Below are positions 26,381-40,120 of a stretch of 64,000 bases of DNA, piece by piece. Position 1 is the first letter of the stretch, and every line of letters starts with the position of its first letter. Source of the stretch: the human T2T-CHM13v2.0 reference genome, Homo sapiens; assembly GCF_009914755.1 (NCBI RefSeq), contig NC_060925.1. The stretch is one strand, 5' to 3'. The notes under the pieces were generated by a model. That model saw only the letters and a list, made by a program, of their open reading frames with translations, was not told the DNA's origin and searched no databases. The position numbers were made by a program, and so were the translations under genes.

Positions 26381-27339
26381 ATCAGTAGCTTTTAAGCCTA
26401 AAGGAATATATCACTATGGTTGATCAACTTTCACTTTTAATGAATATTTCATGAGGCAAAAAGGAGAAAGGCAGTCTCATATACCCTTCATTGTGAAAAC
26501 ACACACAGGTGGCACACTTGACGTTTAAAACAAGATTTTCATCACAGTAACAATTTTCCCTTGATGGAACCCAGGTGTTCTTTTCATTTCTTTTTTGAAC
26601 ACTTTCCTGAAGGAAGGGGGCGGGGTACTACTTTGAAAAAATGACCAGGAGCAGTGATCACAGGACTGATGATCTTGTAGGAAGTACTTTGAAGGGCAAA
26701 CATGCGAGCTACAAAGGATCTCATCAGTTTGCTTTAAAAATACTTGGTTTCATTACTTTGTTTTCCTACTGCTTTTTTTTTCTTCCACTCTCCAGCCCAA
26801 AATGTAATTTAATTTGTTGTTTTGATTCAGAATTTTACAGATTATGCATTAGCATACATAGAAGATAGTCAATATTGGTCTCAACTGGCATCATTGCAAG
26901 TCCTAGGAACGGCCATTTTTGTTGTGGATTTACTTATTTTTCTTTTCTTTAATTCTTCCTGTGGGCATATTTGTTGATTTGTTGTATTGTTTTCTATCCC
27001 CTGTAAACGAAGAGTGTTACCCATACGGATTGTTCACCTTCTTCTTTTCCACTTATTTAAGCTTTGCTCCCCTCTTTCATGCAAGCCACATATTTTTCTT
27101 AATTCTGCTAACTGTAGTTTTTAACACTACTGTTGCAACACACTGGAGTATTAAGATCAACCAGAGTTGTGCTACAAGTGATGGCTTATTGATAATCTTT
27201 TTTTGTAAATACATTTTCCAATGGAAGAAAGAGGTATACCTATAGAAAGTGTGCTTGGAATTACAAATAACCCACTTACAGTCTTTGTGTGACTATGTCT
27301 GATCTCCCCAACTAGAGTGGAAGCTCCTATAGGGCAAAG

Positions 27340-27502
27340 GTGCTTAAACTTGACCATGCATCAGAACCACCTGCAGGGCTTGTTGAAAAACTGATAGGTC
27401 CCTTAGCAGAGCTTCTGATTCAGTTAGGTCTCACATTCGCATTTTCTGTAGGGTTTCTGGGTGACCCTGAACACTGCTAGCTGAGAGGCTATATTTGAAC
27501 CT
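27340..27502. mobile_element. MER5A-like hAT MITE
   Basis: aaggtgcttaaactt...catcagaaccacctgcagggcttgtt...tttgaacctct. Confidence 0.6.
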
Positions 27503-28591
27503 CTAGAGAAAGGCCTGCATCTTTCTTATTTGAATTGCCATGCATACAACCAGTGTTCAGTAAGTGCTTGTTAATGATGCTGATAAGTAAATACAAAGTC
27601 CTTCCCATTTGTAGGCAAAGTTCACAGACTGTTATCCAAAGAAGTGATGTTAATAGTAACAATAATTACAACACCCGTTTATTGCACATCTCTAACTGCC
27701 ACGACAATTCTGAGAGGTGCATGCCATCATTCTCATTTTACAATTGAGGAAGTTGGGGCTGAAAAAGTTAAGAAAGTGATTTATTCAAGATTCTATGGCT
27801 TATAAATGGCAAGCTCGGTTTCAGCCAGGTCTGTCTGATAACGAATCCTCAGGAGGAGAAAAGCAAGCTCTCTGAGATCTGTCAGCTAGAGTGCCAAGCA
27901 CAGAAACAACAATTAGAAATGCAATACGTGCTCTTTCAACACCATGGCAACAATAGTTAAGGAAACCCATTGTGTTTTAAGAAGGTAAACAGCTAACACT
28001 TTCTATAACCACATCTCTTTCTTTCCATGGAATACTATAACATTTTGAAAAGGTTTCACATTGTATACATTTAGAAGAATAGAAATTTTGTGGAAAGAAC
28101 AGTTGTGAAGCTAATGAAATACACTAATATTATCAATAAACCATCACAGGAAGTAATTGTTTTTAAATTTGGGGGAAATGTTGAAATGTACATGTCTTCC
28201 ACACCATATTCTGTGAATATCAAAAGCAATATTTTTTCCGAAGATGACAGTAAAATCTTCTCTATCTTCAATTCCTAACAGTTTCTACCTCATACAATGT
28301 GTTCAATAAATATGTGTTGAATGAATGAATAAACAAACCATTGAAATATGCTGTTGGAAAGTCTCAGGACCTTTTCCTCAATAATTTATAAGTTTTCTTA
28401 GCAGTCATAGTGACCTGCCTTCCTATCTTTTCAAACAACCTCAAATACATAAATCAAAACTTTGGAAAGAAAGTAATTTTTCTAAAATGAGGGCAAGTGG
28501 AAGATGTCACTCAAAGAGAAAGCCTGAAAAGGTAGGGAATTATTGGACTTAATGAAACAAGAAGGTCAGTGGAAAGTAAACCAAAACTTAC

Positions 28592-28685
28592 CAGTCCTGA
28601 TCTTAAGAGATGACGCCTTATCCTTGTATTGTTAAAATACCCAGCCAGGTGTTTATCCATAAGGCTATTATATGCAGCAAGTAAC
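28592..28685 (-). CDS. ERICH3: ERICH3 coding exon 2 (G-LLAAYNSLMDKHLAGYFNNTRIRRHLLRSGL), 94 nt
   Basis: Acceptor TTTTGTATTTTAG|G, donor CTG|GTAAGT; 23+94 nt = 39 codons; peptide visible in ORF 28511..28783. Confidence 0.96.
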
Positions 28686-29850
28686 CTAAAATACAAAAAT
28701 AAAACCAATAAGCTTTTACAAGGGGTTGTTTGATAACCAAGGCAATTCTTTACTGTTTCCCCAAATAGTGCATAATCATTCACTCATGCAGCCTGCCAGT
28801 CATTCATATATGTGTTTAATAAACATGTATTGAGTCCCTATTCTTTTCTAAGCCTTATGATAAGATCTAGAAAATCGTCCTGATTTTAATTATTCCACAG
28901 ACAAGTATGGAAATCACACATCAACAAGTAAAGTGGATGGGGAAAGTACAACAATAGAAATATGCAAAAAGTCATGGCAGCACAGAGAAGGAGGCCACCA
29001 GCTCCATTTGTCAAAAAGGGCTTCACATTGGAGGCCTGATGGGAAAGCAAGGGCTCCTTCAGCAGATTCTTCCAGCGTCTCATGTCATACCCTAAACTCT
29101 GGTAACTCAAACTTACCTGCTGTCTCTCATCTTCAGAATACAACGTAGTCTCCCAACTGTGAAGGCCCTTCCTTCACCTGCCAGCCAGCAGATAATATCT
29201 GTGGTGTATAAGCCTCTCTTCTCTTAGGAAACATTCTCTGATATGTCCTGGCGTGCTGTGTTGCCTTCCACTCCCGCTCCCCACCTCCTACCCCATAAGA
29301 CCCTGAGTTACTATCTCATCACATAATATGTAATTGTTTATTTCTTGGTGTCCTCTGCTAGATTTGAAGGCCAGGCCAGGATAGATCATTATTCTTGGTA
29401 TCCCTACTGATGATATTTGTCATGTATCGAAATAATAATGTGCTCAGGAAATAAAGATATGATTTTGTTTGGGACTTATTTTTATTGTTATAAGTTCCTA
29501 ACTAAATTTAAGCTCAGTATTTTGAAGTGTTAACCTCCTTATATATATCTAGACATTTGCATTAATTTCACATCCAGCACCAAAACAATAATTCATAGAT
29601 CACTTTTGATTTTTAGTGTCTTTTATTTTAAGAGTTAAAAGAGGATAAATTGGTTTGTTGATTATATGCTATACCTTAGTAAATTGTCAATCTAAGTCTG
29701 TATGTCAAAGTTGAGCACTATTTTCTGTTTCAATCTATCCTTCATTAATTATTCAGTAACTTACAAAAACATGCACGCACATATGTATGTATACATGGTG
29801 CATGCACATATACATTCATACATAGACATATACATAGATGTTAGTATATA

Positions 29851-30201
29851 CAGTAGTCCTCCCTTATCCACATTCCAAGACCCCCAGTGGATGCCTGAAA
29901 CCGTGGATAGTACCAAATCCTATGTATACTAGGTTTTTTCAATCTGATATCCAATACGGCTGGTAAGTGACTGAAGGGTGGGTGGCATATACTGCATGGA
30001 TACCCAGGAAAAAGGGATGATTCACATCCTGTGCAGGACAGAGCAGGACAGCATAGGATCTGACAACACTACTCAGAACAGCATGCAATTTAAAACTTAT
30101 ACGTTGTTTATTTCTGGAATTTTTCCATTTAATATTTTTGGACTGTGGCTGACCACAGGTAATTGAAACCACCGGAAGTGAAATCACGGATAAGAGGGGA
30201 C

Positions 30202-30206
<5 letters not shown>
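29851..30206. mobile_element. MER2 (Tigger-derived MITE)
   Basis: TIRs CAGTAGTCCTCCCTTATCC ... GGATAAGAGGGGACTACTG, TA at the left flank, followed by (TG)n. Confidence 0.85.
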
Positions 30207-30242
<36 letters not shown>

Positions 30243-30355
30243 CTTATATACACATAGAAAGAGAGAGAGAGAGAGAGAAAGACAAAGAGGAAGACAGACA
30301 GAGATAGACAGAGGCAGAGTCAGGGAGAGGCAGAGAAAGAAAGAGAACAAGAAAG
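30205..30355. repeat. (TG)17 followed by GA-rich simple repeat
   Basis: Directly visible. Confidence 0.9.
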
Positions 30356-32729
30356 CTTAAAGATAGTCCAAACGCAAAGCTGTCTTTAAAAAAATGCATA
30401 CTCTATTACTGGCAACAAAGTTTTATAATCTATACATTTTATGAACCACTAATCCTTAATTTATTCAAAGATCAGAGCAGGGACTCATATTATAGAGTCA
30501 AGTAAATATCATTAGCAACAATTTTATTTAACAGTTTGTACTCCTTAATTACATGGAGATGATATAAGTGACTCCTTCATGCCTCTTTTCTCCTTAACAG
30601 CCCATCGCAGGAAAGTTCCATGCTGCCAAACAGTAAGAAAAGTTTAATTTCATCCTCAAAAGAGACTGAAAAGCAGTTACAAAGCTTAGAAACCAAGGTG
30701 CCACATGAGGGTTGCAGACATATGAACAACTGCAAAAGCCATTATTTCCCTAGGTTTATGTAAAAAGACAACCCAAGAGCTTCAGTAAGGCACATAGAAA
30801 ACCAGCTCCGGATAATGCTTTGAAACCATCTTTTAAATGAACTGCCTTGGTGTCCTATAGTTCATCAAAGGTTTCCTGTCTCCAAAAGGTCAACATTGTA
30901 TACCTTACCCTTTCTAAATCTCAGAATATCTTTTCAGCTCCTCATTTCAGAAAGGTGAGCAGGTGTCTCTCAGTCCTAACAATCATGATTCCACAGTTCA
31001 CAGATTCTTAAGATAAATCATTAGAGTGATATCATATATAGTCTTTTGTCTGTTTTTCAGGCTCAAGTTTTTTCTTAAAAAAATCAATAATTTTGGAATA
31101 GCTGGGAGTGCTAAAACCCGATTAAATGAAGTGGGGGTCAAAAAGTTGGGATCACATAAACCTCAACTTCCCTATTGACTGATAAATTATCCCCTTCCTT
31201 AATTCAGGCTCTGTAACTTCTTTAATATTTAGATCCTAATAACAATTGCTTAGCCAGCTTTGGTAGCACCTGATTTTAATTCTGCTCTCTCGGGCTTCTA
31301 CTAACAAATGTGTGCACGATGCCTGTCCAGGCTTACAAATCGTCAAGCAGGTCCAGTTGGGTTGAAACCTTTTTACACATCATCTTTTCCTATTTAGGAA
31401 TAAATGTGGGTTCTTGCTTGGGATACCACTTGTAAGCAACTCCTTCCACAACTATCACCATATGACTAGCTTGGTAGGACAGCTGAATAATAACCGGCTC
31501 AGTTATTTCCTTTTTAGACAATGCTGGAATTTTTTTAACTGAAACTTTACATTACTAAATTGTTTGATATCAAGAAATTGCTCTAAAGTAAATTATATAC
31601 AGATTTGGTAAAATGGTCAATTCAAGCATTTCCACTGCATGCATATACATGTGACCATCTTTCTGACCATCAAGACTCCTTTCCAGGGAGATGGTCAAAT
31701 GCTGCGTGGGCCAGTGTCAGCTACACTGTGGTCTGGCTGATCCTCTCTGTTCTGGTCCTTTTCACCTGTACTTGATATGCGCTTGTAGCCCATTTTCACA
31801 TTTACCCAGTTACAAGAGCTCACTGACCAACACAAACTCAGGTTAGCAGAGCTTTTCCGAAATTCCACCCTTTTCCTCTGCGTTCAGTGCTACTTACTCC
31901 CTTCACTTTTCTTTTCTTTTTTTTTTTCTTTCTTGCTCATGGCATAACCCTGGGCTGACTAAGGTCACCTTGCTCTGGGCTTGGTGATTGTGTTGCAGCT
32001 TGTATGTTACACTCTGCATCCAGTGTCAACACTAGACTTCCTGGTCGTGCTGCTTCAGGCCTGTGATCCTCCACTGCACCCTTTTCATCGATTCCGTTGG
32101 TCACAGCAAGCACCAGGGCATTGTGACCATATTACTCGCAGGCTATGTTGTCATGCCAAGACCCACAAGTCACTGGCCAGACCAGTCTAACACGTTTGTT
32201 TCTTTATGTGATGAACAAGACTATCTACCCATCCCCTGGTCACTAGGTGGGGGAAAAACCCACTTCCTGGCTCAATGCACTGGGGAAAACAGTCTCCGAG
32301 GAAACAGAGCAACCTTGTCTCCATGCTGGTTCCTGTTTCCCTCACTTCAGTGCACACACCACATCCTTCAGGGCCTGAAGTTTAGAGGAGCCAAAGCTGA
32401 GTCACCGGGGTGCTACCTTCCCAGCTGCGGCCTTTCAGCACTTAACCCTCTAACCCTGCCTCCCACCATGTAATATATAAATGTGGCTCTGTAGTAAAGT
32501 CAGTGATTCATAACAATCCCTTCTCCTGATCCCAAAGAGAGATAGTCTACCATATAAAAATCCCAGCTAAAAGGAAAGGCACTATAATAGTTTTTTTAAA
32601 TCACAAAAGCTTATTGTTTAATGACTAATTTTAGGTTATTCTGTAAGGCATTAGGGACACAGAGATGGCACAGACACTGCACTCATGGAGCTCCCAATCT
32701 AGTGGGGAAATGCACACACTAGATACACA

Positions 32730-32845
32730 CTGTGTGTGCACGTGTGTGTGTGTCTGTGTCTGGGTATGTATGTGAGAGAGAGAGAGAACGAGAGAGAGAG
32801 AGAGAGAGGAGAAAGAGAGAGAGAGGAGAAAGAGAGAGAGAGAGT
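32730..32845. repeat. (TG)n/(GA)n compound microsatellite
   Basis: Directly visible. Confidence 0.9.
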
Positions 32846-33359
32846 TCTTCCCGTATCATAAGCTAATTAATTACCAAGTATCTCCATGTCAGGCACTGAA
32901 TCCTGAGCTGGGGAAGGAGTGTAATATCCATATTCCATTTTGCAGATTACAAAGCACTCTCACATACATAGTCTCATCTAGTTGTTTTAGACCCATGTAA
33001 TATGAACAATATCTAACTATTACAGCTCTTTTATCTTACTAAAGTGGAAAAGCTCCAAAACAAGATTATTGCTTAATGTGAGTCAGTTTTAGGAAAACCT
33101 AAGGCAATATTTCTTTATGGATCACATTGATAATGTTATTTCTTCTGGCCTGAAGCACCCTGTAACTCTACCCTCATCTCTCCCTGTACTACCCATCCCC
33201 ACACTGTCTACATTACCTTTGGGGATGAAAAGAGATAGAGAAATGCCAACTCTAGCTTCAGTTCAATTCTGGCTCCACCATTACTGGCTCCATAACTGTG
33301 AACAAGTGACCCTCTGCCTCAATTTTTCTGCCTTTCAAAAACACTAGTATACGAACACA

Positions 33360-34126
33360 GTTCAGCCAATTCTTTGTCAATTTATTATAAGATTGCCTTT
33401 TCTCCCATTTCAAATAACATGTTCCTCATTTCCATTTGAAACCTCATTAAAATGACCTTTACCATCTGTATTTCCACCAATATTCTGTTTATTATTGTTT
33501 ATGTAGTCTCTAAGAAGATGGAGGTTTTCTCTCGTTTCTGAGTCCTCACAAGAATCACCTTTAAAAATTGCCTCATGGCAATCTAGGCTTTTTCTAGCAT
33601 GCACCTCAGAGCTCTTCCAGCCTCCACCTATTATTTAGTTCCAAAGCCACTTCCACATTTTTAGATATGTATATCCTACTGTTAGTACCAACAGTATATA
33701 TGTATATCCTACTGTAGGATATGTGTATATATATATATGTATGTATATATGTATATCCTACAGTAGGATATGTATATCCTACTGTTTCTCTTAGTTTCTT
33801 TGGGGCTGCTCTAACAGAATACCATAGCCTAGGTAGCTTAAACAAACACTATTTTTGGAGGCTGGAAGTCTAAGATCAGGGTACCAACATGTTTAGGTTC
33901 TTGAAGAAGACCCTCTCCCTTGTTTACAGATGACAGTCTTCTCATCGTGTCCTCATATGGGAGAGAACAGAGAGAGAAGCAAGCTCTCTTGTGTCTCTTC
34001 TTATAAGGGCACCAATCCCTCATGATCTGATTACCTCCCAAAGGCCTCATCTCCAAATACTATCACATTGGGGATTAGGGTTTCAACATATGAATTTTGG
34101 GGAGACACAGACATGCAGTCCATAAT
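33360..34126 (-). mobile_element. MaLR element: MLT1A/MST-type LTR (about 33786-34126) plus adjoining internal sequence (about 33360-33665)
   Basis: LTR motifs gggctgctctaacagaatacc, tatcacattgggattagggtttcaacatatgaatttt; internal motif ttccaaagccacttccacattttt. Confidence 0.75.
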
Positions 34127-34621
34127 AGAAGATATGATCATCCCCATTTTGTAGATGAGAAAAACAAGCCTTAGTTTAAATCACTTGCCAAAGACCATAT
34201 AACCTAAGGCTTATTCCTGCTAATATGTAACGAATCATAGTGAAGAGCACTCATCAGGTCTTGCTAATGTGAGGGATACAGTATGCTAAGTATAATGATG
34301 GAAAAATGTGAATGGTGAAATATTCACAGAGAAATATAATCCACCCAATTCTCCACTACAGAGATAGAAACCTTTTAAATAAAAATTCTTACAGACTTAT
34401 ATTAACAAATACATAACTTTCCTTCATAATTTTAGCATAAAAGCAATGTGCTGAAGTCTTAAATTCAGCTAATCTCTTAAATATATATTCCTGCATCCTG
34501 CTTTGCACTAAAAATTTCCTCAAAAGCATACTTGTTTGAAGAGATATTAAAAATAATTTTGGTTCAACCAGGTTAGTTTTATTTAACCCAAATTGTGACT
34601 TATTCCATATAAATTAATAAA

Positions 34622-35110
34622 GTGTTCATTAGTTTCCCATTGCTGCTATAACAAATTACCACATACTAGTAGCTTAAAACAATACAAATCTATTCTCTTA
34701 TAGCTCTGGAGGTCAGAAGACAGAAACGACTCAAATTAAGGTGGCATTCCTTCTGCAGGATCTAAAGGAGAATCCAGTTATTTTTCCCTTCAATATTCTG
34801 GAGGCTGCCTACATGCCTTGGGTCCTGGGCCCTTTCCATTGCCAAATGCAGCCATGGCTGGTCAACTATTTCTCACAATGATATCTCTCTGGTTCTGGCT
34901 CTTCTGCCTCCCTCTTCCCCATTTAGGGACCTTTGTGATTACATGGGGCCCACCCACATTAATCCAGAATAATTTCCTTATTTTAGGTCAGATGATTTAC
35001 AATATTAATTCCATCTGCAACTTTTATTCCTCCTTTTCATGTAAAGTAACAGATCCACATGCTCTGAAGGCTAGAATATGGACATCTTTGAGGGCCATTC
35101 TTCTATGTTC
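34622..35110 (-). mobile_element. MLT1-type MaLR LTR
   Basis: ttagtttcccattgctgctataacaaattaccac ... ggctagaatatggacatctttg. Confidence 0.75.
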
Positions 35111-35182
35111 TGCAAGGTCTCTCCCATAAGCCTGATGCCAGGAGCAGAAACATTGGACACTGAATGTGATGGTGATTGGACT

Positions 35183-35850
35183 GTGTCTTAGCCCATTTAA
35201 TGCTGCTGTAACAGAATACCACAGAATGGGTAATTTATTAAAAAATAGAAATTTATTTCTCACAATACTGGAGGCTGAGAAGTTCAAGATCAAGATGCCA
35301 TCATCTGGTGAGGGCCTTCTCCCTTCTCACTGCATCACTGAAAGCTTTCCCAGTTCCTTCACTTTTTTTCTGTATCATGACTAAAAATCAGAATGCCTTC
35401 ACTGCTTTATGACCCAACCAGCTGTGGGTTTTGCCCAGCAGGCCTGAACCCAAACTGAGGACTTGAACATTCCCAGGCACTGAAAAAGTTATCTGGGTTT
35501 CCTAGAAAGAAACTGGCCCGGGCTGTGAACCAAATTTCCTAAAATTTCATATAATCTCCATATACCCAGGCCCCCTCACCATGGACAACCTAGATAGCAC
35601 ATCCCTTTTCTCTCACTGTTCATTGTGAGAATATGCTGCAGCACTCTCCATCTAGGTTCCCTTAATAAATGCTTTGGACTGATGACCTTGGCATTTAGTG
35701 TTTCTTTCTTTGGAATCCCAACTGGCCCCATCACAAGATATTTTGAGGCCCTCCCTTGTGGGAATTCCTCTACCATCACTTTTGAAACAACTCCATCACA
35801 AAATAGTCATCGCATGGCGGAAGGTGGAAGAGCAAGAAAGCACACCCATT
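35183..35850. mobile_element. MST-type LTR fragment split by a nested ERV-LTR-like insert (about 35335-35800)
   Basis: MST sequence 35183-35330 resumes at about 35805 (catggcggaaggtggaagagcaag); the insert contains AATAAA at about 35665. Confidence 0.55.
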
Positions 35851-38800
35851 CCCATGAGCCCTTGCCCTCGACTTGAGTTCCAAATCTAATTCTACCCCTT
35901 ATAAGATACATGACCCTCAATAATTCAATCTTCTTTACCTAGCCATTATCCATCAAGTAAAATGCTAGGACTACTCCCTGAAGTGAACATCTCAGTTTAC
36001 TGGTCTGGAAATATATTTGCTTAAAGCTTCATCATTTTTGGAATATAGAAATTCACATGTGAAAATACCCACATAGAATCTGGCAAACTCCCTCATTTTA
36101 CATTCAGGAAGCTGAGGTTCTAAAAGTAGGGAGGGTTCATCAATAAATCAATAAAGAACATGCCAAAATGTCACAGGAGTTCCCATAAAATTGTACCTAT
36201 CTCTTTCCTAGGGTCCTTGTCTCACCACCTTCCACCAGAATTTCTTTCACCCATGTTTAATCACTGTCTTCAGACTCATGTAAAATTCTCTTCTTGTACA
36301 CCCTCCTACAAGGTGTTGTATGGAGCTATGCACACAGTAAACTGTCACAAACCCAGCCAGGATTTGTTGAGTAAGTGTACAAATCAGTTAATGGAAACAA
36401 AGCATATTGGTCCAATTCCTTGACATATATCCTTTTTTAAAATCCACATGTGAGGATAATCACCTTTCTTTTCTGCTTCTGGACAATAAATAGAAGTAGT
36501 CTATGGCAGAAGCATATTTTATGTATTTTGGCTTTTTTAAATGCAGCATTCTCCACATGAGTGATCGTACTAACAATTTTCTTTTTGTTATTTGTTTTTG
36601 TTTTTTCTTGTGTTTGAAAAAATGGTGCCTTTGTGGCATGCTACATATTGCATTAGAAAAAAATATAGTTCCCAGGGAGGCAGAAAAGTATATCCTTTTG
36701 AAGAAACTTGATGAAAGACAAATATAGAACAACTGACATCAGGGCCAATTATTTTATATTCCTATATAAGAAAACTCTTTGCCAACTACAATTACACCAA
36801 GAGTCTCTACAGCCTGTCACTTTATAGGGGGTGATTAAACTGATATCATATAAATGATTTTATATTACATTCTTCATTCTTTTTTATTTGCATCCAAACC
36901 TGCCAGATCTCAGTAATTATGCTAAATATTGATTTACAATTTTTCTCAGCTTATTCTAACAATGAAGCCAGATGAGAACCATAATATTATTTTATTTATA
37001 GCCTTAATATGATGGTTTGAAGTGACTAGTAAAAACAAGACTGGTCTCCAACTGTGCTGACTGCTGGCAAGACAGTTTTGCAGTGTTCACAGATGAGGCA
37101 ATGGGGAAGAAGTGAATGGGAGTCAGTAGGCCGGAGACACACTAAGTTTGACCAGTTGCATATGAGACATGGTATATGCTTTCATATACCATGAATTCTT
37201 CTCTTTATAATGTTACATCTTTGAACAGAAAAAAATTGTAGCAGCTTGACAAATATGCATTAATAGAAAAATTAAAACTAAGGGAGATAATGAGGCTGTT
37301 CAGAGGAAAGGTGACCAGAATGGAAACTTCTGGAAACTAAGAATTTTTATCACTAGCATTTATTGCGTACTTTCTTAAATTTTTGTAGTGCATAGAGTAA
37401 ACACTCTGTATAATATACACAATCTTGTGAATTAGTATTATCTTCCCTCTTCAAAGATGAGTTAACAGATGTAGAGTGGTTAGATAACTAGTCCATAACT
37501 AGTTAAAAGCAGATCCAGGATTCAAACCAGGATTGTTCTGCTTTAACCATAAAACTGAATGTTCTCTATGAGGTATTCCTCCTCCTTCTGCTCTTCCTTT
37601 TCCCCTCCACTTCCCAATTCCTTGTCCTCCTTTCCCATCTTAGCTAATTTGAGGAAAGCAATTCTCAAGATTTGTTCAAAACACATGCTGAAATGCAGCT
37701 TTGGGTACAAGATGTTTATTAGTGATCAACACCTGTGAAAGGAAAAGAGAGGAAGCAGCATTGAGCAGAGGGAGAAGTCAAATCGTACACAGACCAAACA
37801 AACCCTTGGCCAACCTATCAGAGAACTCTGTAGTAAGTAGTGCTTCTCTGTCAATGAACAATCAACAAACACCTAGTAGGTGGGTTCTGCCAGCAATTGT
37901 GCATTTGGAAAAAAAAATGCTGCTGTGTAGGCTATATTTTCTAAATATATTATTGAGCATATTATACAAAGAAAAAAAATAAAATTGTACTAAAGAGCTT
38001 CATCCAAATGTCTGTCATTTTTTTCCACTAAAGGTTAGGTTAATTTCCTAAGGGCTGGTTCTTTTAAAAAGTCATGCTGTTTCTAACCATTTTTGAGATC
38101 ATCTTACCAGTGTGTTGTTCACTTACCCCCACCCTCTGAAATACCCAGTTTTAAATCTTCTATTGACACTTGTACTCTATGAGTTCCAACAAGTTGTTTA
38201 CTCACTATTAAGCTCAATTTCCTCATCTGTAAAAGGGGAAAATAATTGTGCCTTATATCACAGAATTTCTGTTAAGCATTAGTATGATAATGCAAGTAAA
38301 GAGCTTAGCGCAGTGCATGACACTCTTAGTTGCTATTGTGTTATTAGCAGTGCTTTCTTCTTAAATGAACCACATATACATTTGCCTGTGCTCTGAAAGG
38401 AAAATATAACATGGTTTAGAATCATAGAAGAAGTGCAGTAAGGAGACTTGGGAGCAGGGGGATGATTTAAACAATCAGGAAGAAAATGAAGTCTGAGCCA
38501 GTAGAAGAGAACTGAATAAGTGCCTGGCCATTTGAGGGGCAGGCGCGGGAACTTACAAGAGGATTGCTCCAGGAAGAGGGATTACCACATGCAAAGGTCC
38601 AGGGATAAGAGAGTACCATGGTGCCTATCTTTACACTGTCCTCCTGCTAGAAGCACCTCCTGCTACTGTCTCCACCCCTGTTGCACAGGCGCATGTGTGT
38701 GTGTGTGTGTGTGTGCCTGTGCACACACATGCACAGTTCCAAAACCCCCCGTTGGAAAAACAGATGACACCCACTGTCTTTTAAAGGCCAGAGGGTAAAA

Positions 38801-39330
38801 CTGAGAGAAGGGTAGTCAGTCAGCATGCCTGCTGCCAGACACAAAGGAGATTAGAGTACTTATTTTGTGCAATAAACCCAAAGTGCTTATGTGCCTGGCC
38901 TCGTACTATCCCAAGGTTACAAAGCTACACAGCTGCATAAGCACAGTCCCTGCCCTGAAGGTACAATCCAACCAATGAAAGAATGGTAGTGAAGTATAGT
39001 GTGCTACAATCACAACAGCAACTGTTTATTGTGTGCGGCATGCACAATCTCTGTTAATCTGCAAAACATCCTATGTATCAGATTATTATCCCATTTCACA
39101 AATAAGTAAATTATACTCATACAAGAAGGGTATCCAAGAAGAACTGAAATCTGAACTGGGTCCTAAATGACAAGTCAAGTGTTGAGGGAAGAAGTAAAAC
39201 TTGGGTGGGTAATTGTGGGGACAGAAGTACTATCTGGATTCATTCTAAGAAGCAGGGAAATCATACACAAAGTCCCAGAGAGAGAGATCACAAGTTTCTG
39301 TCACCCAAATAGGAATTTGTTGATTATTTA

Positions 39331-39694
39331 TGCTATGGCTTGGCTGTGTCCCCACCCAAATCTCATCTTGAATTGTAATTCCCTTAAACCCCATGTGTCA
39401 AGGGAGGGACCCAATGGGAGATAATTTAATCATGGGGTTACCCTCATGCTACTCATGCTATTCTTGTGATAGTGAGTGAATTCTCATGAGATCTGATGGC
39501 TTTATAAGGGGCTTCCCCTTTTGCTTGGCACTTCTCCTTCCTGCCACCATGTGAGGAAGGACATGTTTGGTTCCCCTTCCACCATCATTGCAAGTTTCCT
39601 GAGACCTTACCAGGAACCTCTTTAAACTTCTTTCCTTTGTAAATTACCCAGTCTAAGGTAGTTCTTTATAGTAGTGTGAGAACAGACTAATACA
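39331..39694 (+). mobile_element. THE1-type MaLR solo LTR
   Basis: TG...CA ends, tggcttggctgtgtccccacccaaatctcatcttgaattgt; 5-bp TSD ATTTA on both sides. Confidence 0.9.
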
Positions 39695-39929
39695 ATTTAA
39701 CATAAAATTAATATAATAAAAGGGAATTGAGTTTACAGTATTATTAAACTGTAAATTGTTGATAAAGGCAGTTACCATTGTGTGTCAAATATACTTTAGA
39801 GGGCTATGTTGGCTTGGAAATCTGATCACTCTTTATTTATATTTGATCTTGGAACACAGTCTTTTATAGATACAAATAGCCTACTTAAACTCTTTAAACT
39901 ACCATCCATTGATTATAAGAAGGCTCAAT

Positions 39930-40120
39930 ATACATGTGTGCACACATTCAGACACACAAGTGTATATATATATATATATATATAGTGTGTATATATATAC
40001 ACATGTGTATATATGTGTATATATGTGTATACAAGTGTATATGTGTATATATATAATATATATATTATGTGTGTATATATACATATACACATAAATACTT
40101 TTACTCATGTATATATAATT
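39930..40120. repeat. (TA)n/(TG)n low-complexity microsatellite
   Basis: Directly visible. Confidence 0.9.

Noticed and set aside
32063-32473. 136-aa plus-strand ORF
   Set aside because: Non-ATG start and no recognisable homology; more simply explained as the antisense frame of the GC-richer candidate retrocopy
39899-40108. Tyr/Ile-rich ORFs on both strands
   Set aside because: Artefacts of the (TA)n/(TG)n microsatellite
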